NCBI GenBank assembly: GCA_007128005.1
Contig: SKYF01000042.1
Coordinates: 1 to 61,745, forward strand
From: Bdellovibrionales bacterium
GTDB lineage: Bacteria; Bdellovibrionota; Bdellovibrionia; Bdellovibrionales; UBA1609
DNA length: 61,745 nt
Direction of reading: 5' to 3'
The translations under genes and the position numbers were made by a program. How positions within the stretch are numbered: position 1 is the stretch's first letter; every line of letters starts with the position of its first letter. Under the pieces are notes generated by a model, which saw nothing but the letters and a program-made list of their open reading frames with translations, searched no databases and was not told the DNA's origin. Positions 35,649-45,235 of the stretch are shown here, piece after piece.

Positions 35649-38000
35649 TTAAGGGGTCTCACAGAGGGCATCGGTGGCGCCGGTGCTGCGAATCATCTCC
35701 CCAAAGACCTTCACCACCTGCATCCGGTCCATTCTCATGGACCACCAAGGCCATCTCATCATAGCAATTCGCCTGAGAGTGGTTGCATCAAACTTGGGGA
35801 TTTCGGCAAAGTTCAATATATAGAGATAGACCGTCTGCGCTCTTTGGTCAGAAAGTGTAACGCACATATCTGCGGCCAGCTTTTTGACAAATCCTGAAAA
35901 GTTGGGAAAGGCCTCCAGAATCTCGCTGTGGGTCAAATGGCTTCCCCCGTCTAAATTGAAGCGGGTAAAAATCACCTCCGAGTAGTGCAACACCATGGAC
36001 ATGGTGTTGATCTCAGCCCGCTCAATAAGGTGTTGAGGACTGAGGTGATAAACCCCTGCGGCAATTAAAATCTCTGCAAACTGCTGCCCCTGATCGCGAG
36101 TCAACTCCTCTTGCAGGTAGTTTTGCAAGCCCGGCATATTGTTCACATGGGGAATCAAAATTCTGAGCAAATTCCGACTCACACAGTCTCTATTGAGCAT
36201 CTCCTCGCCAAAGACATCTATCGGAACAAACCTTGCTCCCGGTGGCCGGCAGGCACGATGGAGATCCTGGTAGAGGCTGTGGGCCATTAGGCCACCAGAA
36301 AACAGCAAGGATAAAAACTCAATGGCCACGGTCATTTCCAAAAGGTTCTCGGCCTCTGAGACCCTTGAAGGATCGGCAATTCCCCGACCCGAGTAAGTGA
36401 ACATATTGGCTTCAAAAAAACTCCTCCGCCCGGAATCCACACTGCGTGGATCCATCACCCTCAGATCAATGCCCAAGGGCCGAAAGTCGGTGTAGAAGTT
36501 TTGCATCTCGTTCTCGGTCAGGCCCGCAAGAGTTCGGGCCCGCTCAAAGTCCTCACTGTAGCCTCGAAACATCAAACGCAGCAGGGACTGCAAAAGGTTG
36601 ACTGCTGAAAGATTGAAAAACCCATGGGCCACTGAGTGTTTTTCAAAGTGGACTTCCTCTACCAAAAAAATTCTGCCCAGCTTTGAGCTAAATAGAGGAC
36701 GCATTTGCCCAATCAGCTCTCTGAACTCCTGAATGGCCAAATCGACTGCCCCCTCAGGCTCCATACGCCCACTGCTGAGCTGATCCAGAGGACTCATGAC
36801 CGAGAAATCCGCAGCACCCTCAACTTCGCCTTCAGAAAACATCCTGTCCAGATAGGATTGAACCACAGACCACCGGGAAAACTCAGCCCCTATACGGTGC
36901 AATTCATAGCCACTGATACCAATGCTGGTGCGGCTCCTCTGGCTGGGACTGAGATTCATATCTCCAAAGACCTTGCTGACCATCTCCCGAGTGACTTTAT
37001 CCAGGGACTCAGCTGTAACCTGTGCGGGCAGAAGCCTGAGCTTCTCCAGAACAGAAAAGACCTCTGCCAGCCGGTCGTATTCTATCACCAAATCGGGTTG
37101 ACTCCTCACTATACCATGCGCCAAGCGCAGTCCATCTTCTACAAGCAAGGTCAAGGCCTCAAGCCCCGGACCATAAAAAACATTGGGGCCCACCAGATCA
37201 TACTGGTAGCGAATCCACAGCCCATAGGTTTCCACAGCTCGTCGAGTGAGTTGAGGCCAGCTCTGTGGCTGAATGGAGTTGCGATCTCCTGCCCCCATCA
37301 TCTCTGCAAATAGGCGCACAAACATCACCCAGTCCTCAGGCTGTCTGGAGCTTGGGAAAGCCTTCTCCCAACCTACAAACTGTCGCAGCTCTACAATCAG
37401 GCGCTCCAAGTGATCAAAGTAAAAAACCCGCTCACCCTCACTGAGAATCTCCGCGAGTTGAACCGCAGAGACTTCAAGGGCTTGACGAGCAGGGGCCGCC
37501 ATCTCTGCAGAGGGATCAAATCCTACAAAGAAACCCATAAAGGGGCGCATTCTCTGGGCTTCCACTTGCACCCTTCGCAGCAGCAAGCGCAGCTTTTTAA
37601 AATCCTCGTGGGAAATGCTGCGCTGATCTCCTCCGACCAAAAATACCTTCAGCTCCATCAGCTCAGTCATCAGTGACAGGGGCAGAGCCCGCTCTCTGAG
37701 AATAAATCGGTGCACAAAGCCTCGCACCTCATCAGCAAGCAACTGGCCCCTAGAGGCTCCCCTGACCCTGGCCACAAAGCCCAATAAAATCTCATCCAGA
37801 TAATCAAAGGCCTCGTCCAACTCCTCCTCACTGATACGCCCCTGAGCAAAGGCCTTGAGTTGAGCATGCAGATCAAATTCCCGGTCTAGAGCCTCGAGTC
37901 GAACTGGCTCCTGAGGTGCTGGGGACTCGAAAATCCTCAGACCACAGCCCCATTGAGTTATAACCAGGGCCAACACTCCAAGAAACCATTTAAAAGACAT
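35649..38000 (-). CDS. Large lipoprotein, paralog 1 of an uncharacterised family (degenerate EF-hand)
   Basis: The start MSFKWFLGVLALVITQWGC (lipobox) at 38000 is preferred over 38027. Paralogous to 39466-41805, for example VRGASRGQLLADEVRGFVHRF vs TRGAESGLYRADEIKRFLQTYF. The C-terminal FNLDGGSHLTHSE aligns with the EF-hand of paralog 2. Confidence 0.6.
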   Translation of the reverse strand: MSFKWFLGVLALVITQWGCGLRIFESPAPQEPVRLEALDREFDLHAQLKAFAQGRISEEELDEAFDYLDEILLGFVARVRGASRGQLLADEVRGFVHRFILRERALPLSLMTELMELKVFLVGGDQRSISHEDFKKLRLLLRRVQVEAQRMRPFMGFFVGFDPSAEMAAPARQALEVSAVQLAEILSEGERVFYFDHLERLIVELRQFVGWEKAFPSSRQPEDWVMFVRLFAEMMGAGDRNSIQPQSWPQLTRRAVETYGLWIRYQYDLVGPNVFYGPGLEALTLLVEDGLRLAHGIVRSQPDLVIEYDRLAEVFSVLEKLRLLPAQVTAESLDKVTREMVSKVFGDMNLSPSQRSRTSIGISGYELHRIGAEFSRWSVVQSYLDRMFSEGEVEGAADFSVMSPLDQLSSGRMEPEGAVDLAIQEFRELIGQMRPLFSSKLGRIFLVEEVHFEKHSVAHGFFNLSAVNLLQSLLRLMFRGYSEDFERARTLAGLTENEMQNFYTDFRPLGIDLRVMDPRSVDSGRRSFFEANMFTYSGRGIADPSRVSEAENLLEMTVAIEFLSLLFSGGLMAHSLYQDLHRACRPPGARFVPIDVFGEEMLNRDCVSRNLLRILIPHVNNMPGLQNYLQEELTRDQGQQFAEILIAAGVYHLSPQHLIERAEINTMSMVLHYSEVIFTRFNLDGGSHLTHSEILEAFPNFSGFVKKLAADMCVTLSDQRAQTVYLYILNFAEIPKFDATTLRRIAMMRWPWWSMRMDRMQVVKVFGEMIRSTGATDALCETP

Positions 38001-39405
38001 AGGTGACCCCCGCCCTGACCCGGTCATTGTGCCGGTACTGAGAGATCAACCCCCCTTCACTCACCGGCTGAGCACCGGCCCCCAAAAGATCTAACCCCAA
38101 ACTCCAAAAGAGTCCGGGCTGAGTTTGGGCTCTTAAGCTGAGACTCAACAAAGAGCCTCGCTCAGAGAAGGAGTATGTGTGGTCCAAGCCCAAACGCAGA
38201 CTCTGAGACTCGCTCCAGGACCAGAGTGAGGAAAGACCCCAAGTCAGGGCTTCCTGAAAAGGGTGCCTCGCGGAGCCCTGCTGCGCCAGACCTCCGGCAT
38301 CCCCTTCAGTGGAAAGCTGCAAAGAAGACTCATCTTCCCAAAAACCCACATAGGAAATCCTAGTATCAATTCCAGGAAGCCCCCAAAAAGCCCAGTTCTG
38401 ACGAAAACCCAGCCCAGGGTAAACCCCTCCACTGGGAGGAGAAAAAAACCACTCACCTGGCAGATCCTGAGTCTCCACCCACTCTCTGGTCAGAGACGCC
38501 CACAACTGACTTCCCTCAGATCCGTAGCCCCACTCCACCCCTGCCAAGCGGTGCCTGTAAACTCTTGGGTGAATCACCACTCGAGTTAAGCCATAGTCGC
38601 TGCTGGCTGCGATATCTAAGACTCCCTCAAAGGGCAGTTGTATTTGGTTGAGGGGCTTATCCGCCACATTGAGACTGATCCAGTGCCCCCTCCCCTTCCC
38701 CTGCTCCTGCTGCCACTTCAATTGACCCACAAAGCTAAATTGGCTCAGAATCTCTGTCAGAGAGGGCATTGCCACTTCATAGTGGATCTCGGTTTGCTCC
38801 TCTCCAAGGGGAATCATTTGACGTGGAGGAGGGCGAAACCAGCGACTTTGCGAGGAAACTTTCCCATCCTCAAGCTCACTTTGCGCCCCCTGATCGGGGA
38901 TAAAAATTGGAGACAGCATCAGATTGGCCGAAAAGGGCCGGGCACCTCCTCTGACAAAGAGACCTGCAAAGCCCTGAGTTTTTCTATCCAACTCATCCCA
39001 CCGGGCCAAGGGCTGCCAAAGACCAAGCTTCCACTCGTCGTCCAAAACACTCCACAAATGCTTACGACGCCCCAGGGAAACCTCTAGAGACACATCCTGG
39101 CTGACTCCCTCTCTGTCCACCCAAAGCACATAGAGCTCGGGCACAGCCAAGTAGTTTTGCTGACTTGAATCCAGGGCAAGCTGACCATCGACCTCCACCA
39201 AGGTCTCTAGGCCAAGGGGCTGAAGGACCCAGCCCGCCTTCAAACCCAATCCCAAACGAGAAAAGCTAGAATCAACCTCTGGATCCGCGGCCTGAGAAAA
39301 AAACTGCTCACCACCCAGATCTAGATAAGAGCCCGCCGTGGTGAGCCCCCAGGCCACCCCGGACAAGAGAGGCGAAGATAAAAGCACAAAGGCTAGAGCT
39401 CTCAT
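37990..39405 (-). CDS. Outer-membrane beta-barrel-like protein, paralog 1 of an uncharacterised family
   Basis: Signal peptide MRALAFVLLSSPLLSGVAWG, alternating-hydrophobic strands throughout, and C-terminal ...NDRVRAGVTYVF (terminal Phe, as in OMPs). Paralog of 41795-43306. Confidence 0.6.
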   Translation of the reverse strand: MRALAFVLLSSPLLSGVAWGLTTAGSYLDLGGEQFFSQAADPEVDSSFSRLGLGLKAGWVLQPLGLETLVEVDGQLALDSSQQNYLAVPELYVLWVDREGVSQDVSLEVSLGRRKHLWSVLDDEWKLGLWQPLARWDELDRKTQGFAGLFVRGGARPFSANLMLSPIFIPDQGAQSELEDGKVSSQSRWFRPPPRQMIPLGEEQTEIHYEVAMPSLTEILSQFSFVGQLKWQQEQGKGRGHWISLNVADKPLNQIQLPFEGVLDIAASSDYGLTRVVIHPRVYRHRLAGVEWGYGSEGSQLWASLTREWVETQDLPGEWFFSPPSGGVYPGLGFRQNWAFWGLPGIDTRISYVGFWEDESSLQLSTEGDAGGLAQQGSARHPFQEALTWGLSSLWSWSESQSLRLGLDHTYSFSERGSLLSLSLRAQTQPGLFWSLGLDLLGAGAQPVSEGGLISQYRHNDRVRAGVTYVF

Positions 39406-39465
39406 GGCCTGATTTTAGCCGCTCTTAGTCGAACACATCAACAGGAGACCCACCCACTATAATAG

Positions 39466-41805
39466 TTACAGAGACTCGTTTTTTGCCCCTGTAAATTTCT
39501 CATAAACACTCCTCAGCTCCCCCAGCATTGAGCTGGAGGCCAACTCCGAGAGAGATGCGAGTATCTTTGCCACAATGAGCCTATCGGCACTGACAGCCCA
39601 AAGCTCAGGCTTTGCCATCCACTCTTCAAAGGCCTCCACATCATCAAAGGGGGTTGTTCCCTCACGAAACAAAAAGGTAAAGAAGGCCCGCACCAGCTCC
39701 TCTTCCGCCTCCACCCCAATGGACTCAAAAAGGTCTACTAAAGTCGGCAAAAACAGCGGGAAGGCCTTAAGGCTCTCTGCCAGGTTGATCTTTCCATCTG
39801 AGTCTCTATCAAAGCGAAAAAAGAAGGTCTCTATGTACTTCATCATGACCATCATCTCAGTCAGTTCGCTGACTGAAACTGGCTGATTGGAGTAGCCCGA
39901 TGGACGAACTGTCAATTCCAACTCTCTCTCATAGCGCATCCATTGGGCAATATCCTGCTCATTTAGATAGGCCTGCAGCTGAGACAAATGATTGAGCAGG
40001 ATATCCCTCCTCGCAAACAAGAGGGGACGCAGACAGGCCACAGGGTCTAAGCCCAGAACCTCACCGGTAGGATCTCGACGTAGGCAGTGTTCTACTGCTT
40101 CCAGCTCGGAAAAGACAAGACGACTGGCATTTAAGCCCGAAAACCCAAAAGTGAGGAACTCCACCGCTTCAAATAAGTCTATCTGCCGGTCTCCATTGCT
40201 TCTGGGCATAAATAGACTGGCATCGCGAAACACCTTGCCTACAAAGCGACTCAGCCCCTGCTGATCATCCTCAGCAAAGCTCACCAGGCCCAAAGCCGCC
40301 AAAAGCGGATGGAGCTCACCTACAACCACCTCCAATTGATTTTTATCTAGCCCCATGACGGCCCCATCTCGCAGATCTTGTGAACTGCAAGCCACGGGAG
40401 AGTAGGCCCGTATCACTTCCTCGGCTAAAAATCCGAGTAGATTCAGTTGGGTCAAATCTTTGTCCGCGTAGGCGGCCAGGGGCTCAGAACTCAACGAGCG
40501 GGGCCACAGCCTCAAGCGCCCCTGAGGATCATGAGCCAAAGCTATGGGACCCAGAGCGAGGCTGCGCAAGCGAGGATGAACCTCTGGGTCACTGGGAGCA
40601 CCCCTCAGCAAAGACAAAATGGACTGCTGGCCCCACAGCCAATCGGCATAAAGAGCCTTCAGCCGAGATAGGCTCCCCTGTGTGATGCCCCCTTCACTCT
40701 CGCTCGACCCTGAGCAGCTCTGTGGGCTTAAGAATCTCTCCGCCAAGACCTGAAACAGCTTCAAGGCCTGGGGGGCAGTGAGGGAAAAAGGCAGCGCATC
40801 CAAGTTCTCAAACTCCACAAGCAGGCTGTCCACTTGCCCCCAAGCTAAAACCTGGTTGGGCTGGCGACTCACCACTGCCTCAGCTAAGTCAAAGCCTGCC
40901 CTGACTGCCAAATCCGCAAGACTCAGTGCCGAAGGGTCGGAACTAGACGGAGCTTGAGTCACCAATCCGGCTAAAAAGCTCGTGTGAAAGGCGCGGGTCA
41001 GAAGCGAAAACAGCGGCCTCCACTCCTGAGCCAAAACCGAGCTCTCACTGCCACCCACAGTTAAGACCTTGAGCCGCAAAGCCAAAGGCAACCAGCGCGA
41101 CCACTGAGCCCCTTTGATGCGGTCGATCTCAATCACCAAGCTCTCCAGGCGATCCCTGGGGTAGGCTATGCCCGACCGAGACAGAGCTTCCCCAACCTGC
41201 TCAGCTGCCGCCAAAAAAGTCTCAAGAAGATCGCCAAGAGCCTGTTCCTCTGCCGGCAGCTGCGGCAGCCGCCCCTGTCCTTGAGCCATCTGCCTCCACT
41301 GGGACATCTGTCTTATATGAGGAAGCAGACTCAGACTGATCTGGCTGAATTCTGCCATTAGCTGACGCAGTCTCACCAATTCAGACTGAGTCAAATAGTC
41401 TGAAGCTCCCCCCAACAAAATAGGTTTTAGAGCCATTATCTCAGCAAAAAGCCCGTCGGTGAGCACCGAAGGTGAAACAAAATATGTCTGCAAAAACCTC
41501 TTTATTTCATCCGCTCTATAGAGCCCGGATTCTGCCCCCCGAGTGACTTGGGAAAACTTATATAAGGTGACATCCAAGCACTGCCAAAACTCCCTCACTT
41601 GAAAGTCTGTGGATTGACCCTTGAAAAATCCTCCCGCCAAAGGAGCCAGGTCCCCCACACAGCCCCCCTTCATATTCAGCACAGGGACTGGCCTGGATAC
41701 AGGAGTTCTGTATTCCGAACAGGACATCTGGAGAGCCGTCCCGAGCAAAAGTAAAACCAAGAGCAGTTTTCGCCTCAGCCAAAGAGCCACTAATTTAGAA
41801 TACAT
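39466..41805 (-). CDS. Large lipoprotein, paralog 2, with a canonical EF-hand Ca2+-binding loop
   Basis: The start MYSKLVALWLRRKLLLVLLLLGTALQMSC (lipobox) at 41805 is preferred over 41832. DRDSDGKINLAE fits the 12-residue EF-hand loop consensus. Confidence 0.6.
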   Translation of the reverse strand: MYSKLVALWLRRKLLLVLLLLGTALQMSCSEYRTPVSRPVPVLNMKGGCVGDLAPLAGGFFKGQSTDFQVREFWQCLDVTLYKFSQVTRGAESGLYRADEIKRFLQTYFVSPSVLTDGLFAEIMALKPILLGGASDYLTQSELVRLRQLMAEFSQISLSLLPHIRQMSQWRQMAQGQGRLPQLPAEEQALGDLLETFLAAAEQVGEALSRSGIAYPRDRLESLVIEIDRIKGAQWSRWLPLALRLKVLTVGGSESSVLAQEWRPLFSLLTRAFHTSFLAGLVTQAPSSSDPSALSLADLAVRAGFDLAEAVVSRQPNQVLAWGQVDSLLVEFENLDALPFSLTAPQALKLFQVLAERFLSPQSCSGSSESEGGITQGSLSRLKALYADWLWGQQSILSLLRGAPSDPEVHPRLRSLALGPIALAHDPQGRLRLWPRSLSSEPLAAYADKDLTQLNLLGFLAEEVIRAYSPVACSSQDLRDGAVMGLDKNQLEVVVGELHPLLAALGLVSFAEDDQQGLSRFVGKVFRDASLFMPRSNGDRQIDLFEAVEFLTFGFSGLNASRLVFSELEAVEHCLRRDPTGEVLGLDPVACLRPLLFARRDILLNHLSQLQAYLNEQDIAQWMRYERELELTVRPSGYSNQPVSVSELTEMMVMMKYIETFFFRFDRDSDGKINLAESLKAFPLFLPTLVDLFESIGVEAEEELVRAFFTFLFREGTTPFDDVEAFEEWMAKPELWAVSADRLIVAKILASLSELASSSMLGELRSVYEKFTGAKNESL

Positions 41806-43306
41806 AGGACACCCCCGCAACAATGCGGTCATTGGCCCGATAGTCTCTTAGAAAACCATCTGAAACCTCTGCGGGCCTTTGATCCCGCAGAGCCAAAACA
41901 TCAGCCTGCAACAACAGGGACCAGGCTTGATCTAAGATCAAATCCCAGCGCAGGGACCACCACCACATGCGTTGAGCAGCTTCATAGGTCAAACGCTGAT
42001 CTGTCAGCAGTCGAGCGGTCCTCAGACCAGAGGTCGAGGCAAAACGCCCCGCATCTGCCCACTTGACTCCCAAGGAGAGGGCCCTTTGATACTGATAGCG
42101 GCGCTCGAAGCGACTGCCTCCACCCGTGGCGAGAGTTCCCATATCCGGAGCATCTCCTCCCTCAAGGAACAGGAAGGAACCATAGGCCGATAACCCTCCC
42201 CATCCAGTTGCCGAGAGATCCAGCTCTGAATAGCCGCTTAAAATCCAGCTTGGCTGCATGGCCTTGTGGATCCAAAATTCCTGCTCTGATTCGGGCTGCG
42301 GAATTTCATGGGTCAAGTTGACCCATGAGGTCCCACCCATTTGCGATGTCATAGCCGCCTCAAAACTGAGGAGCTGATGATAGAGCACCCGAGGGTGGAT
42401 GGGCAAAAACACCCCTCCTTGTTGCCCTTCACTCGCCTCCAATCTGAAGCTCACCGGGAAACCCATCAGCAGCTGGTTCATGGGCTTCAATGCGTAGGCC
42501 GCTTTGAGCAAAACCCCTTGAATCCAATCCCTGTTTTCCAAATGGATGGCCAGCCCGGGATTAAAAATGATATCTGCGTTGTCTGGCCTGACCAGATCGT
42601 AGTGAACGGAGGCCGGCACCCCATTGAAAATCAACTGTTCCTCGGGAGGGCGAAACCAGGGGTTTGAGGAAACAAATCTCTCCCCTTCCAACATCTGGTG
42701 GGGCCCTATCTCAGGGATAAAGACTGGTGATCCCCAAAGCCCCAACTTCCAATCGCTCAACTTCAAGTTCACCCACAGACCCGTCAGCCCGAGGGACTCC
42801 GGGTGGAGCTTTTCATGAAAGGCCCTCGGCTCCCAAATGCCCTGCTTCCAAAAAGCATCCGCAGATGACCACCGGTGTCGCATCCTGCCCACACTCCAAC
42901 TCCACAGCTGGCTTCGATCCCGGTGTTGATAAAACACTTGATAAGGTAAGAGGTAATTGAAGTTCTCCCCTTGAGAAAAAGTGCTCCCCACATCGACAAA
43001 GACAAAGCTAGATCCGGAGCCCCAACCCCGAGTGAGCCGGCCACTGACAGAGCCCCAACGCGCCTCAGCCTGCTCACGAAAACCAAGTCCAGTGCCCGCA
43101 AAGTAGTCCTGCCCTTGCACTGCCAAACTCAGCCCAGAAAACCAGCCCTCGCCCTGACCATCTCGCTCCAAAGCAAGAACAGAACTGGAGAGGGGCAGGC
43201 TGGCTCGCGCCCCACTGGACAAAACAATAAAAATTGAGACAGCGATGCATCCGACAATTTTACCAAGACGAGCGCAGAGCAAGTCATGCACTGAAAATAA
43301 AGACAT
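41795..43306 (-). CDS. Outer-membrane beta-barrel-like protein, paralog 2
   Basis: Hydrophobic leader. Shares SPVFIPEIG / NPWFRPPE / IHPRVLYHQL with paralog 1 (SPIFIPDQG / SRWFRPPP / IHPRVYRHRL). C-terminus is ...NDRIVAGVSYVF. Confidence 0.6.
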   Translation of the reverse strand: MSLFSVHDLLCARLGKIVGCIAVSIFIVLSSGARASLPLSSSVLALERDGQGEGWFSGLSLAVQGQDYFAGTGLGFREQAEARWGSVSGRLTRGWGSGSSFVFVDVGSTFSQGENFNYLLPYQVFYQHRDRSQLWSWSVGRMRHRWSSADAFWKQGIWEPRAFHEKLHPESLGLTGLWVNLKLSDWKLGLWGSPVFIPEIGPHQMLEGERFVSSNPWFRPPEEQLIFNGVPASVHYDLVRPDNADIIFNPGLAIHLENRDWIQGVLLKAAYALKPMNQLLMGFPVSFRLEASEGQQGGVFLPIHPRVLYHQLLSFEAAMTSQMGGTSWVNLTHEIPQPESEQEFWIHKAMQPSWILSGYSELDLSATGWGGLSAYGSFLFLEGGDAPDMGTLATGGGSRFERRYQYQRALSLGVKWADAGRFASTSGLRTARLLTDQRLTYEAAQRMWWWSLRWDLILDQAWSLLLQADVLALRDQRPAEVSDGFLRDYRANDRIVAGVSYVF

Positions 43307-43392
43307 AGGCTCCCCCTTGGCTCGACAATATGGGGGATTTTTTATCAGCTTGTCTAGGGAACATTTTGACTGATATTGTCAGACTGCGCTCG

Positions 43393-44190
43393 TCACTGCA
43401 TCGCAGCAAGCCACTTTGAAATCTGCTCCGCCACCCATGGCCCATCGTCCAAAGTCAAATCGTGTCCCGCCCATGGGTGCTGAACAAGTGGCCAGCCAAA
43501 CTCTTTGTGTATGGCCTGACTGCAGCTGGGATCCACCATCCGATCGCCTAAGCCAGAGAGCAGAAGAATGGGGTGAGGATGATCCCAAGTTTCGATTCTA
43601 AAGCGACTGGCGGCCATGACTTGTTTGAGCACGTTGAGACGCCTAAAGGGGTGCTTGAGGTAGATTTGCCCCCACTCCCGAGCCACTTGTTCATGAACCT
43701 CCAGGCGATGGGAGATGATTTTTAAAACCCGCCTCTCTCTCTCCACAGGATCTCTTGTGGCCACAGAACGCAGAAATTGGCGCCACATCTCAAGACGCAG
43801 GCGGTGATGAGGTGGACTCAAACCCCTTAAACTGGTGTTCATCAAAACCGCCAAGGCCACTTGCTCTGGGGCCTGGCGCACCCACTCAAGACCCACCATG
43901 GCTCCTAAAGAGACCGCAACAACCGCCACGGGCTCTGCAGGCGAAATCCCCGCCTGCTCAGCTTTCACCGCCCAGCTCTTACGCACTTGAGCGCAAATTT
44001 CTGCCACCCGACTGGGACTGCTCTGTAAATAAAACTCTCCGGAACCAGGCAGATCAAGCCCATGAACTTTTGTATCTTTAGGCAGCCCTGCGTCTATCAG
44101 TTGCTGGAGCAAAACATCGGGAAACCCCCCCCAGTGGGCGGACTCCCTGGCCAACCCCCGCAGCAATATCCAATGCCTAGGCCTAAGCAT
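43393..44190 (-). CDS. Alpha/beta-fold hydrolase
   Basis: RHWILLRGLARESAHWG N-terminus. Nucleophile-elbow-like AVSLGAMVG. C-terminal WAGHDLTLDDG. The ORF is open to 44220 and an internal Met at 44190 is likelier. Confidence 0.7.
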   Translation of the reverse strand: MLRPRHWILLRGLARESAHWGGFPDVLLQQLIDAGLPKDTKVHGLDLPGSGEFYLQSSPSRVAEICAQVRKSWAVKAEQAGISPAEPVAVVAVSLGAMVGLEWVRQAPEQVALAVLMNTSLRGLSPPHHRLRLEMWRQFLRSVATRDPVERERRVLKIISHRLEVHEQVAREWGQIYLKHPFRRLNVLKQVMAASRFRIETWDHPHPILLLSGLGDRMVDPSCSQAIHKEFGWPLVQHPWAGHDLTLDDGPWVAEQISKWLAAMQ

Positions 44191-45235
44191 ACCATAGCTC
44201 CAGGGCGGCTGCTCTCTCACGAGCTAGATCTTCTTCTGCCAAGTAAAACCAGCTCTCCGGTGCCAGCAAGCTGCGCTGAACAAAATCAAAGAGGTTGAGA
44301 TGGCGGCGCAAAATTCTCTCTCTGCGATGGGGCTTGACCGGATCAAAGGCACCAAAGCGTGAGAAGAGCTGACTTGGATTTTTTCTCAACCACATCCAGG
44401 AGCCCATCTCCAGGGTCCAGGGAATAAAACCCCGCTGAACCTGCTGCCCCTTTTCCTCTTGAACCTGCTGCTGATGCTCTAAGTAAAGGTAGTCCCACAG
44501 GTCTCCGTGGATTGTATACTGACGACTGACCGGCTCAATGGCATAAAAATGATGGGGATAGCTATGATCGAAAAGGCCTTTAAGGGCATGAATCTGTCCG
44601 ATGTGGGGACAGGGACGACGAGAGTAGGCGTAGGGAAACCACATCCGATCTCTAGAGCCAAAACCAGAGTGCACATCAATGGCCATCGCCAACTGAGAGG
44701 GAAAAAGCCAGCGACGGACCACCTCACAGAGGGCTTGGGCCTCAGGCTCTAGCTCGCCATAGCCTCGAAACCAGGGCAGCTGAGGAGAAATACTCTGTCC
44801 CTGGTACAGACGAGCGGCACTCAGCGGTCCTTCCGCCTCCACTGGAGAGTTGCGCATCAAATCCACCCCCTGCCCGTTGGAGCGCCGGCGCAAGACGATG
44901 CCCACTGGATTTACAATGGGCATAAAGACCATGCGACTGCTCTCCAGCCGCTGCTGAAAACTCTTATCCCACTTTATAAGACTCGCCACAGTGCTCAGAT
45001 GGGAAAGAACAACTTCCGCCCCTATCTTTTCCAAGCCGTGGACGCCGCCAAAAAAGCCCAGAGCAGGCGCTTTGGGATCCGTGCTTCCCACCTGAACCAC
45101 ATAGAGGGGAAAACTTCTCTCTTCATAAGAAACCTGCTTGATAATTTCCACTCGGGCCCAATCACCAAGCTCTTCAATAAGAGCCTCTAACAAATCCATC
45201 TCGGGAAAACGCTTGCGAGCTAAAAACTTGGGCAC
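44183..45235 (-). CDS. M14-like metallopeptidase (DUF2817/succinylglutamate-desuccinylase-like fold)
   Basis: FFGGVHGLEKIGAEV (Zn-binding HxxE region) and IDVHSGFGSRDRMWFPYA motifs. Confidence 0.6.
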   Translation of the reverse strand: MPKFLARKRFPEMDLLEALIEELGDWARVEIIKQVSYEERSFPLYVVQVGSTDPKAPALGFFGGVHGLEKIGAEVVLSHLSTVASLIKWDKSFQQRLESSRMVFMPIVNPVGIVLRRRSNGQGVDLMRNSPVEAEGPLSAARLYQGQSISPQLPWFRGYGELEPEAQALCEVVRRWLFPSQLAMAIDVHSGFGSRDRMWFPYAYSRRPCPHIGQIHALKGLFDHSYPHHFYAIEPVSRQYTIHGDLWDYLYLEHQQQVQEEKGQQVQRGFIPWTLEMGSWMWLRKNPSQLFSRFGAFDPVKPHRRERILRRHLNLFDFVQRSLLAPESWFYLAEEDLARERAAALELWYA

